A stretch of DNA of 64,000 nucleotides from Desulfatiglandales bacterium (GTDB lineage Bacteria > Desulfobacterota > DSM-4660 > Desulfatiglandales > Desulfatiglandaceae), in assembly GCA_963662465.1 (NCBI GenBank), contig OY759599.1, forward strand, positions 2,048,001-2,112,000. Direction: 5' to 3'. Each line of letters begins with the position of its first letter. The first letter of the stretch is position 1. Below, piece by piece: positions 50,048 to 59,497 of this stretch. Below the pieces are notes generated by a model that did not search any database, was not told the origin of the DNA, and saw only the letters and a program-made list of their open reading frames with translations. The translations under genes and the position numbers were made by a program.

Positions 50048-50347
50048 ATGGATTTCGAGTTAAAAACAACCGGAGAAATTGCACAACTACTGGCAAAGCA
50101 GGTTAAAGAGCTGCGCCTCCTGAACAAATGGAAACGTTCCACCATGGCCGAAAGATCCGGTGTTTCCGAGTCATCCCTGCGGCGGTTTGAGCAAACCGCC
50201 AGGATTTCGCTGGAAAATTTTTTGAAATTATTGTCAGCGCTTGGGCGGCTTGATGAAATGGACGATTTGTTGCACCCCCCCTCCGCTAAATCAATTGACG
50301 AACTTGAAACGCGAAAGCATAAACTTTCCAAAAGAGGTTCAATTTGA
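50048..50347 (+). CDS. XRE/HipB-like antitoxin
   Basis: LAKQVKELRL...MAERSGVSESSLRRFEQTARISLENF. Confidence 0.85.
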   Translation: MDFELKTTGEIAQLLAKQVKELRLLNKWKRSTMAERSGVSESSLRRFEQTARISLENFLKLLSALGRLDEMDDLLHPPSAKSIDELETRKHKLSKRGSI

Positions 50348-51585
50348 TCCGGCTAAATGTCCTTTTGCGCTTTAATGAAAATACAATGATCCCCGTCGGT
50401 CAGCTTGCCGAGGACAAGCACCGGCTCTATTTTCAATATGATAAGGGTTTTTTAACTAAAGAACTGTGGCTGTCTCCCTACAAGCTTCCCTTAAAGTCAG
50501 CGCTCTTCGAACACAAAGACAGAGATTTCAGCCCTGTCTTTGGCCTGTTTGACGATTCATTGCCTGACGGGTGGGGCCTTTTGTTAATGGATCGATACCT
50601 TAGGAAACAGGGATATGACATTGAGGCCCTGTCTATTTTGGATCGACTGGCATTTCTTGGCAAGAACACCATGGGCGCTCTGATCTATGAACCTGCCCTG
50701 GATATTATTCCCGGCGATAACAGCCCGTTTGATTTGCATGATTTATCAATACATTCACATGACATCCTGTCCGGCAGAAGCGACGACGTGTTACCACAGC
50801 TTATAGCCGCGGGCGGCAGTCCCTGCGGGGCCCGGCCAAAAGTACTTGTTGGCATTTATAATGACAATATGGTTTCCGGAGAAACAGATCTTGCGGAACA
50901 TTTCGAACACTGGATTATCAAGTTCCTCTCTGGAAATGACTTCCCTGATGCCGGTCCCCTGGAGTATGCCTATTCTTTGATGGCGCGGGATGCCGGTATA
51001 AATATGACCGAAACACGCCTATTTAACACAAACCAGGGTGATATTTTTTTCGGCATTAAACGATTTGACCGCAGTGGCAATAAACGCTTTCATGCCCATA
51101 CTTTCGGCAACCTCATACATTCAAATTTCAGGATACCTTCTCAAGACTATGATCACTTTTTCAAGGTGGTCATAAACCTGACTAAAAACCATCAGGATTT
51201 ACTCCGAGCTTTCAGACAAATGGTTTTTAACATACTTGCCAATAACCGGGACGATCATGTGAAAAATTTCGGATTTCTTATGGATCATGAGGGCAAATGG
51301 TCCCTGTCGCCGGCATACGACCTTGTTTATTCAGCCGGCCCCGGGGGGGAACACTCCATGACTGTTTCAGGGGAAGGGAAGGCTCCGACTGAAACAGATA
51401 TTTACAAATTGTCCGAAATGCACGGCATAAAAAAAAAGGATGCAGGCCTGATAGTTGAGCAGGTTTCTGATGCTGTAAATCGCTTTAAAACCCATGCGCT
51501 AACTGCCGGTGTATCCAAATCCACCCGGAATAAAATTAATGCCGGCATCAAGAGTAATCTTGATGGATTGGGCAGATCTAAATAA
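50344..51585 (+). CDS. HipA-family kinase toxin
   Basis: FDDSLPDGWG, GGSP.GARPK, KRFDR, NRDDHVKNF and LSPAYDL; overlaps the antitoxin stop. Confidence 0.92.
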   Translation: MIRLNVLLRFNENTMIPVGQLAEDKHRLYFQYDKGFLTKELWLSPYKLPLKSALFEHKDRDFSPVFGLFDDSLPDGWGLLLMDRYLRKQGYDIEALSILDRLAFLGKNTMGALIYEPALDIIPGDNSPFDLHDLSIHSHDILSGRSDDVLPQLIAAGGSPCGARPKVLVGIYNDNMVSGETDLAEHFEHWIIKFLSGNDFPDAGPLEYAYSLMARDAGINMTETRLFNTNQGDIFFGIKRFDRSGNKRFHAHTFGNLIHSNFRIPSQDYDHFFKVVINLTKNHQDLLRAFRQMVFNILANNRDDHVKNFGFLMDHEGKWSLSPAYDLVYSAGPGGEHSMTVSGEGKAPTETDIYKLSEMHGIKKKDAGLIVEQVSDAVNRFKTHALTAGVSKSTRNKINAGIKSNLDGLGRSK

Positions 51586-51861
51586 ACCGGAAGAGTTTTG
51601 AATGAAATGTTAAAGGAACAGATTAAACACCGCCATGGCAGCGAGATTCTCTAAAATGGGTGTGGAAAGTCAGCTGGGTCGATCCCTCTTTGTGACTATT
51701 TCCGGGTTATATTTTTATTGACAACCAAGATTTTTTCCACGATAGTTTGGCATCAAAATAAGGGTATTTTATCATATGAACAACAAGTTATGACCTTATT
51801 TCAGCCTGACGGAAGCGATTTCTTAACGTCACCGAATCCCCGATGCACTTATGAGGTTGCC

Positions 51862-52992
51862 ATGAAAACAGTCATCCAATTTTCAGTTTTTCTGATATTA
51901 TCGGCAGGATTCGTTTTGTTTCCAAATCCCGGCCATGCGGAAGAAATTACGGTTAACAGTTACTATGGCCACTACGATGCCAATCAGAAAAAGGCAGGAT
52001 TTCCTTCCAGGAGCCTGCTTGGGCCCAGATTTGAGACCTGGAAGACTCCCAAACCCAACAAACCATACCATATCGGCGTTCTCATTCCACATTTACAGGA
52101 TTCCTATTGGAAAACGGCCAGTTACGGAATTATGCGCCATGCTGGGGAACTAGGTCTGAAGATCACCTTGCATGAAGCCGGCGGGTATGGCCGTGTGGGA
52201 GATCAAAGAAGTCAATTGAACACGCTGATCAAGAGTTCAAAAGTGGATGGCGTGATACTGGCGTCCGTCAATTATACAAAATTGGATGATCCCGTGGCAA
52301 AAAGCGTTGACGGTGGTACTCCCGTAATCGAATTGATTAATGATATCCATGCGCCGAAAATTCAAGGGAAGGCATTGGTCTCATTTTTTGAGATGGGATT
52401 TAAAGCCGGTGAATTTGTTCTCAACCATTCAGGAGGCAAAGATATCAAAGTGGCGTTTTATCCGGGGCCGGAAGAATCCGGTTGGGCGCCGGATACGTTC
52501 CTTGGGTTTCAATCGGCCGTTAAAAACAGACACAACAAGAATCAAAAGATTACCATTGTCGGGCCGTTTTACGGCGACACCCGTCCCGGCGTGCAAGCCA
52601 TGAGAATTCGCCATACACTCGGGCAATCGGAGAATCAGGATATTGATTATGTGATCGGATGTGCCACCGCCGTCAGTGAAGCCGTCAACTATTTGGAACA
52701 AAATCGGGACAAGCTGAAAAAGACGAAGATCGTGTCCACCTATATTACGGACGCAGTATACGATTTGATCAAAAAGGGTGACGTCCTGGCCTCTCCCTCC
52801 GATCAAACCATCCAACAAACAACGCTCGCACTGGACATGATGGTGAGACTGCTGAATGGGGAACAGCCTGGAAAAGATTTTCCATTCCGAACAGGTCCGG
52901 TCATTCCCGTCATTTCCGAACAAAACATCCAGGATTACCGTTATGAGTCGCTTTTCGGCTCAAGAGACTATGTTCCGATCGTGCGGAAATGA
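51862..52992 (+). CDS. TorT-like periplasmic binding protein
   Basis: Signal peptide; IGVLIPHLQDSYW..ASYG...EAGGY, YPGP..SGWA, YGDT and ASPSDQ. Confidence 0.8.
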   Translation: MKTVIQFSVFLILSAGFVLFPNPGHAEEITVNSYYGHYDANQKKAGFPSRSLLGPRFETWKTPKPNKPYHIGVLIPHLQDSYWKTASYGIMRHAGELGLKITLHEAGGYGRVGDQRSQLNTLIKSSKVDGVILASVNYTKLDDPVAKSVDGGTPVIELINDIHAPKIQGKALVSFFEMGFKAGEFVLNHSGGKDIKVAFYPGPEESGWAPDTFLGFQSAVKNRHNKNQKITIVGPFYGDTRPGVQAMRIRHTLGQSENQDIDYVIGCATAVSEAVNYLEQNRDKLKKTKIVSTYITDAVYDLIKKGDVLASPSDQTIQQTTLALDMMVRLLNGEQPGKDFPFRTGPVIPVISEQNIQDYRYESLFGSRDYVPIVRK

Positions 52993-54380
52993 AACCTCAC
53001 GTCATGATTACCGCAACGGTAACGCTGGCTCTGCTTCTGACCAATATCGACATTACGACCATCAACATCGCCATCCCCGTGTTGACCCAACAGTTTGGGA
53101 TTCCCGTCGACACCTCGGTTCTGATCATTATCACGTACCTGCTGGCCATCGCGGGCACGCTGTTGATTTTTGGACGGCTAAATGACATGGGATACGCAAA
53201 CCGTCTATTTACGCTGGGGTTCTGGGTATTTCCGGCGGCATCGGTTTTGTGCGCTCTTTCCTGGAATTTTGTGACCCTGCTGATTTTCAGGTTCATCCAG
53301 GGCATCGGCGGCGCCATGTTTCTCAGCACATATGCCATCATCATCAAAAACCATGTCCCGGCTGAAAACCTTGGGAAAGCGTACGGCGTCATCGGCGTTG
53401 CCGCCGGGGCCGGATATACCGTCGGCCTTTTTCTCGGCGGTTTACTGCTGACTTACTTCAGTTGGCGAATGATTTTCATCATTAACATTCCCGTTTGTAT
53501 TGCCGGCATTATTTTTTGCCGGCTGTTTCTGGAGAAAGATTCCATCAGCCGTGTCGCCGGAGCGCCCTTTGATTATGTGGGCGCCGTCCTCAGTTTTGTT
53601 TCTTTTGCCTGTTTGGTTTACGGGCTTCATCTGGCCTATGAGGACCACAGATTTAACATTTCCGCCGTTTGGTGGCTTATGGCCGCATTACTGTTTCTGG
53701 CCGCATTTTTCTATTCCCAGAAGAAATCCCCCGCCCCATTGCTTGATTTGAGCATCATAAAAAACAAGCCCGTCTGCCTGATTCTGATGAGCACCGTCTG
53801 TTTTCTCGTCGTGGAAAACGTGGCATGCCTTCTGTTGCCGCTCTATTTCACTGAGGCCATGGAATTTACGCTCATGAGAACCAGTCATCTGCTGATCGTA
53901 CCGGCAATGGTGACGCTTGTTTTTTCACCGCTAAGCGGATATTTCGTCGACCGCTACGGGGCACGAACCATCAGCATCATCAGCGCCGTGACCTTTTGCT
54001 GTGGGACAGGCGCCCTGGCGACCTTTCATCTTCACGTATCCATTGCCTATATCGTTGTCATTCTTCTCTTTTACGGCATTATGATCAGCCTTTTCAGCGC
54101 CGCGATAATGACATACCTGATGCAACACGCCACCCCCGAATCCACCGGCACAATCACATCGCTCAAATCACTGCTCCCGATTGTTTTCGGCATGATCGCC
54201 ACCATCATTTACGGCAGTCTGTACACCTATTTTAACCAGGTTGTATCCGCCTCCAAACCGATCAGGGCGCAGGTAGCCTATCGAAATGATATGATCTTGT
54301 CGCTCTTTATTTGCGTCATTCCGATTATTCTCCTGGCATGCACTCCCAGACGACCGCTCACAAAAGAGGCGGAATCGTAG
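52989..54380 (+). CDS. MFS transporter (DHA2/EmrB-like)
   Basis: DITTINIAIP, FGRLND..G, FRFIQGIGGA and SWRMIFIINIPV. Confidence 0.9.
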   Translation: MKPHVMITATVTLALLLTNIDITTINIAIPVLTQQFGIPVDTSVLIIITYLLAIAGTLLIFGRLNDMGYANRLFTLGFWVFPAASVLCALSWNFVTLLIFRFIQGIGGAMFLSTYAIIIKNHVPAENLGKAYGVIGVAAGAGYTVGLFLGGLLLTYFSWRMIFIINIPVCIAGIIFCRLFLEKDSISRVAGAPFDYVGAVLSFVSFACLVYGLHLAYEDHRFNISAVWWLMAALLFLAAFFYSQKKSPAPLLDLSIIKNKPVCLILMSTVCFLVVENVACLLLPLYFTEAMEFTLMRTSHLLIVPAMVTLVFSPLSGYFVDRYGARTISIISAVTFCCGTGALATFHLHVSIAYIVVILLFYGIMISLFSAAIMTYLMQHATPESTGTITSLKSLLPIVFGMIATIIYGSLYTYFNQVVSASKPIRAQVAYRNDMILSLFICVIPIILLACTPRRPLTKEAES

Positions 54381-54748
54381 AAGCACTTCAATGCCATACT
54401 CAGGGAACCTTGCGTCGGCTGTAATGGTTATCTTGATGTGTAAACCCTGAAAAGTCCGGACATCGACGGTTCCCATCTATCCCTGGAACATCGTCGGACA
54501 TCTCATGAAGATTCTGCCTGGCCGGTGTGATCGCAAAAATGTCGTGATCCCTTCCATTCTTACCGTAGTGTAATGTTCAAGAAAGGCTTTGGAAAGAATT
54601 GGCGTATACCTTATAGCCACGTTTCATGACAGTTGGTTGTCAAGACCGAACAGTTCAGAAGGGAGGCGATAGGGAATTACGGCGGTGGTTTGAAGGATAA
54701 AGCGAATCGGTTTTGGTGGGAACATCAATGATGAGAAAGGAATTGCAT

Positions 54749-55768
54749 ATGGAAAAGAAAAAAGTGATCAAAACGATATCTGTTGCGGCGCTGGTATTGC
54801 TTGTTGGGGCTTTCGCGCTTAACGGTTGGGCCTTGAACTCAAAGGATGACAAAGACGGGGTCCTGGCAATGGTTGATAAGGTGAATATTACGCAAAACGA
54901 GGTGGATGAAAGAATAGCCGCCATGCTGGGACCTCAGGCCGCGGCCATTCCGCCTGAAAAACTGGGCTCAATCCGTGACCGGTTGAATCAGCGGGCACTG
55001 GACGGCCTGATTGTGGAGGCTCTTCTGAAAAAGGCCATTGAAAAGGAAAATGTGATGGTCGGGGATGAAAAGGTGGATGCCATCGTTACACAGTTTAAAG
55101 CATCTCTTCCCGCGGACATGACCTATGAGGAATACCTCAAACAAATCGGATTTACCGAAAAAGAATTGAAACAGACCGTCAGCAAAAATCTCAGGATTCA
55201 AAAACTGCTGGAGCAGCAGTTCATCGCAATTGCAGCGCCCGAAGATCAGGAAATAGAGGCCTACTACACAGCCCATGCGGCGGAATTTGAAACACCTGAA
55301 AGCGTGGATGTTCGGCACATTCTCATCGCGGTGAATTCCGAGGACAGCCAGGAGAAAAAAGCCGAAAAGATGAAAAAAGCACAGGAGATAAGGAAACAGG
55401 TGATTGCCGGCAAGGATTTCGAGACCGCGGCCGGTGAAGTTTCAGACTGTCCCAGCAAGGCCAAAGGGGGGCACCTGGGGTTCATAGCGCGGGGACAGAC
55501 GGTGAAACCCTTTGAAGACGCGGCCTTTGGCGGAAAAGCGGGTGAGTTGGGACCGGTGGTGGAGACCCGGTTTGGTTATCACGTCATTGAGGTCCTGGGG
55601 CACAAGGATGCCGGAAAGCCACCCCTTTCCGAGGTGAAAGAGCAAATTACGGAAGACTTGACCAAACAAAAAAAGGACCAGGCTGTGCGGGCGTATATCG
55701 ATTCGCTTAAAGCGAGAGCAACCATCGTCTTTCATAAGCAGCCCACCGATCATTCAGACCCCGCATAA
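54749..55768 (+). CDS. PpiC-type peptidyl-prolyl isomerase (SurA/PrsA-like)
   Basis: VRHILI...SDCPSKAKGGHLG...VKPFEDAAF...VETRFGYHVI. Confidence 0.92.
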   Translation: MEKKKVIKTISVAALVLLVGAFALNGWALNSKDDKDGVLAMVDKVNITQNEVDERIAAMLGPQAAAIPPEKLGSIRDRLNQRALDGLIVEALLKKAIEKENVMVGDEKVDAIVTQFKASLPADMTYEEYLKQIGFTEKELKQTVSKNLRIQKLLEQQFIAIAAPEDQEIEAYYTAHAAEFETPESVDVRHILIAVNSEDSQEKKAEKMKKAQEIRKQVIAGKDFETAAGEVSDCPSKAKGGHLGFIARGQTVKPFEDAAFGGKAGELGPVVETRFGYHVIEVLGHKDAGKPPLSEVKEQITEDLTKQKKDQAVRAYIDSLKARATIVFHKQPTDHSDPA

Positions 55769-55777
55769 ACAAAAAGA

Positions 55778-55816
55778 TTCCGCGGGTTATCCAAGTGCGG
55801 GAGGTAACCCGTGGAA
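55778..55816 (+). terminator. Hairpin after the PPIase gene
   Basis: TTCCGCGGGTTATC...GGTAACCCGTGGAA. Confidence 0.45.
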
Positions 55817-55834
55817 ATGCCCCACGATGACCAT

Positions 55835-55948
55835 GGGAATTATGGGACGTCCATTTGTAATTAGGCAACTATGGTTCCATTCTCAGGTTTTCATCTCTGA
55901 CAATCCTCTCCCCCTTTTTTACTGCATATGCAATACCTGGTTGGCTCA
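55835..55948 (-). mobile_element. Remnant of the RAYT element 3' end (copy of 62474-62587)
   Basis: gggaattatgggacgtccatttgtaattaggcaactatggttccatt...ttggctca aligns without gaps to 62474-62587. Confidence 0.85.
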
Positions 55949-56099
55949 GGGGAAGGTACCGGTCAGGAACTACTTAAAAGCGACATCTTTCGTTCCGTTT
56001 TTCTGCGCTTTTCTGGAAATCTAAACCCTCTTATTCACACCGTGTGCGGGAGCAGGCCTTGATCAGCGATCATTGACGACTGTCGTTTTTTACTCCGCT

Positions 56100-56540
56100 C
56101 TATTGCACACAATTATCAATTGTTAAACCAGCTAAACGAGCCAGTGAAGATTGTCTTTTATCGAGGGTCAGAAACCTGTTTGCCTTGATGGCGAGAGCTG
56201 AAGCCACATGCAAAATATCAAGCGACCTTGAACCGGTGGCTTTCGTGTGGTTTTGGGACAGGTCGAGAGCGAAGTTAATGGCGTCTGTCCAATTTATCTG
56301 TGGCCGATAGTACACGCCTCTTCTTTGATGTTCATCAAATTTCGAAAGAACAAGTAGCGCCTGTTCATTTGTCATCTCTGTTCTGAACTGCTTCAAATAG
56401 ATGGCATTTGTAAATTCCAGCTCATGAAAACGCGTTAAAGGAATGGCTTCATTATTTCGTCTTATCCAACGGGAGACTTCAAGCGAGTATTCTTCTTTTA
56501 TGTACAGTTTCACAAGTACACTGGTATCTACATAAAGCAC
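56100..56540 (-). CDS. PIN-domain VapC toxin
   Basis: YVDTSVLVKLY..E...RSLDILHVASAL...FLTLDKRQ. Confidence 0.9.
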   Translation of the reverse strand: MLYVDTSVLVKLYIKEEYSLEVSRWIRRNNEAIPLTRFHELEFTNAIYLKQFRTEMTNEQALLVLSKFDEHQRRGVYYRPQINWTDAINFALDLSQNHTKATGSRSLDILHVASALAIKANRFLTLDKRQSSLARLAGLTIDNCVQ

Positions 56541-56771
56541 TTAGAATCTATCCTCTCTTCCTTCAAGTACGATTTCGCTCAGCGATTTCCCCTCAAGCTT
56601 GATCGCCTCATTGTAGAAATCCGGCCAGTCGATTTCATCTTTTGGCCCCAACGCAGCTATTTTGGCGACTGGTTTCCCTCTTCTGGTAACTGTTATTTCT
56701 TCACCAGCCCAAATATTTTTTAAAACCTGAGCAAAGTTCTTCTGAATTTCCCCAACCGTTGCCGTTTTCAT
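56541..56771 (-). CDS. Phd/YefM-family antitoxin
   Basis: TATVGEIQKNFAQVL...GEEITVTRRGKPVAKI. Confidence 0.9.
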   Translation of the reverse strand: MKTATVGEIQKNFAQVLKNIWAGEEITVTRRGKPVAKIAALGPKDEIDWPDFYNEAIKLEGKSLSEIVLEGREDRF

Positions 56772-56820
56772 GCTTACCCCCCCCTTTTTTACGTATATTA
56801 CATGCGTAAACTGCGATATG

Positions 56821-56864
56821 TCAAGGAATCATGGGAAGTCCATTTGACTTTCTGCCTGCTCTTT
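56821..56864 (-). mobile_element. Internally deleted remnant of the same RAYT 3' end
   Basis: caaggaatcatgggaagtccattt (compare 62471-62495) is joined to gactttctgcctgctcttt (equals 62673-62691). Confidence 0.7.
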
Positions 56865-57074
56865 CCCCTTTTACTTCTTCCCGCCGCAGAAACTGACTCA
56901 AAGGCAAAGCGAATCGAATTGCCTGATACATCGCCTCCGGCGATTTCTCCTGAGTAGTATCCCCATTGCAACTCTCCCTTGACGATACAGAATTCTTGAC
57001 ATTTGGCTAGATTGATATTAAATCTGACATACTCGGAAAATTAGCTATAAATCGAAAATCTGGGAGGATAGAAT

Positions 57075-57607
57075 ATGGCGCCATTGTCCCGATCGATTCA
57101 TGGGATGGTCTTCTCGGCGGTGCTCGGTGCGGTCGCGGGCTGTCCGATTCCGACAGCCTCCATTATGACGAGAACCGCGCTCTTGAAGAGGCCATGGATC
57201 AGGCCTACCAGGAACAAGGTTTGCCCGGGATAGTCGCAACGGTAACCCGTCCGAATGGATCGGCCTGGACCGGCACCAGAGGAAAGCCCGAAATGACGAC
57301 TGAAGCCGGAAAGACTCCCCTGCTGACCATCTGGCTTGCAGCCCTTCAAGAGGGTCTACTGGTCACGGAAGAACACCACCGGGAGATGTTCGACTTCGTG
57401 CCCACGGGGCTGGGTATTTCTTATGGCTACGGCATATATGATCTGGGCGGGGCCGTGGGACACAACGGCTTCATCTTCGGGTACACCACGGCAATGTATC
57501 GTTACAAAGGTTATGATTTCATCGTTCTGACCAACGGTTCACCCGGCCTTGGGGTCGTGTCGGCCGATTCTGTTTTTCTCCGGCTGAAACAGGCTGTCTT
57601 TGAGTGA
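57075..57607 (+). pseudogene. Decayed serine hydrolase (beta-lactamase family) lipoprotein
   Basis: Lipobox AVAGC, then a 1-nt frameshift. LPGIVATV...WTGTRG is joined directly to IWLAAL..G.L...YGYGI...GHNGFIFGYTT; the SxxK core is missing. Confidence 0.7.
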
Positions 57608-57726
57608 AGTCGCCGGGATGGACCGTGGGAGACTACGAGGGAAAATAATCATTTCAAAACAGGATCTTCCCAGCTTCAGTCAGTTGATAAAGGGGGCCGT
57701 TGAAAAAAATCGAAAGGAGAAACGTA

Positions 57727-59304
57727 ATGAAAAGGATGTCTTTTTCCAGGGTGATACATTTGCTTTTGGCCTTCTGTTTTGCCACGGTTTTGGGGTGTTC
57801 AAGCGACAGCAGCGACACCGGCAAAGATTACAGTCATTTATTGAAGGGGGCTTTTCTCGAACAGCCTTCGGGAGAAAACCATCCCGCTGTTTTGCATATT
57901 GAAGGCAGTCATTATGAAATGGGCTTCCAGCAAGGGTACCTCCTTGCAGACCGTATTGCGGGAACTTACAGCTCTTTTCTTACATTCACCGCATACATGT
58001 ATCATATCAAGCAGGGTGAAGCGTTGGTTGTTCTCGATCAAACAAAATTGAAGGCTTTTTATGAACTGCTGATTCAACAGTCCAAAAAGTACTTCCTGAA
58101 TATTATTCAAGACAAAACACCGGAGCTTCTGCGCGAAATTCAGGGAATGGCGGATGGCCTGGCTGCAAAAGAATCTTCCTTTGGTTTCGATGATATTGTT
58201 GCCATGGCAGCCCTGATAGACGTAGTAGACAACGACATGCTTTTTTTTGATTTTTTTGAATTGGCGCCTAATGAAGCTGAATCGCCCATTTCAGGGCTGG
58301 CTTGCTCGGGCTTTGCAGCCTGGGGGGCTGCCACATGGGATGGCAGAATCATTCATGGTGCAAACCAGGATCTTCCCAGTGTCGGTCTGCTGGATCAGAC
58401 CATTGTTACCGTTGCGAAACCCGATACGGGGAATGCCTTCCTTCAGATAAGCTTTCCAGGATGGTTCACAATGTCCGGTATGAACGAAGCGGGAATAACA
58501 GCAAGTGAAATGGCTTCCCCTTCCTCCGATACGAATCTTCACGAAAATCCTGAAATTCCCCATACCCTGGATATGAGGATGATCGTCCAGTACGCAAATA
58601 ATCTGGAAGAAGCAAAAGGGGTGATTCAAACTTACGGCGGTGCTTCGGGATGGAACATCCTGGTTTCGGACGCCAATACCGGAGAAGCGGTGGATATCGA
58701 GTGCTCAACCCTCAAAATCGGTCCCGTTTACCCCTGGGATGATCCCGCAACCCTTTCCATAGATGAAGCGCAAGGACTGTGTGTTACAAACCAGTACATG
58801 TCATGTCCGGGTTTTCGCGGTTATTCAGGGGAGAATTTGACTTTGGATCAAATGAAATATGACGGCGTGGATACATCCTCATGGGGTACGGGAAATGAAT
58901 ACAAAGTCAATTGGGAAGCCCAATTTCAGAAAGAGAATTACAAACGTTCGGAATCATGGGATCGTTGGAGCCGCTTGTGGGATTTGTACGCATCCAAATA
59001 TGAAGCGATTACTGTTGAAGATGTCGTAGCATTCATGAGCGATACAAAAGAGGGGCCACATGGGGGAATCATTTCGCATGCCTCTGAAGAGATAATCTGG
59101 TTTGACGGTGACCCTGTGCCGCATATCAATGGCTCTGACAAAGCAATCGCATTTTATTCACTTGCGAGCGTCTACAGCTGTGTTTTTGACCCTGAATCGA
59201 GTACAAAGGGCGTAATATGGATCGCGGCGGCCGGTGCCAAACCTGCTCAAAAAGGCACATTTTACCCCATTGATTTTGGAGATTCGCTGGATAAAATAAA
59301 TTAG
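57727..59304 (+). CDS. C45 family (Ntn-hydrolase) lipoprotein
   Basis: VLGCSSDS lipobox; EGSHYEMGFQQG, EIQGMADG, ACSGFAAWG.AT.DG.IIHG.N.D and GMNEAGI. Confidence 0.85.
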   Translation: MKRMSFSRVIHLLLAFCFATVLGCSSDSSDTGKDYSHLLKGAFLEQPSGENHPAVLHIEGSHYEMGFQQGYLLADRIAGTYSSFLTFTAYMYHIKQGEALVVLDQTKLKAFYELLIQQSKKYFLNIIQDKTPELLREIQGMADGLAAKESSFGFDDIVAMAALIDVVDNDMLFFDFFELAPNEAESPISGLACSGFAAWGAATWDGRIIHGANQDLPSVGLLDQTIVTVAKPDTGNAFLQISFPGWFTMSGMNEAGITASEMASPSSDTNLHENPEIPHTLDMRMIVQYANNLEEAKGVIQTYGGASGWNILVSDANTGEAVDIECSTLKIGPVYPWDDPATLSIDEAQGLCVTNQYMSCPGFRGYSGENLTLDQMKYDGVDTSSWGTGNEYKVNWEAQFQKENYKRSESWDRWSRLWDLYASKYEAITVEDVVAFMSDTKEGPHGGIISHASEEIIWFDGDPVPHINGSDKAIAFYSLASVYSCVFDPESSTKGVIWIAAAGAKPAQKGTFYPIDFGDSLDKIN

Positions 59305-59497
59305 TGAATACATGAAAAACAGGAACCAACGTATTTGGAGGGCTGAACCCGAGGCAATACTCAATATATCCCATTTTTGACGGCTGAAAAGCGACACGCA
59401 ATATGTGGTGTAAGGCCTCCTGCACTCCGTGCGGATGTCTTGATAGTTTGCACTTAAACATGCCAGGTATGTTCGAATATAGCGGGATTCAAGGATC

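Noticed and set aside
56890..56950. c-di-GMP-I riboswitch (AAAGGCAAA start)
   Set aside because: The following GAAA-capped stem and GACGCAAAGC elements are absent; only a short ATCGCC-TCC-GGCGAT hairpin is present.
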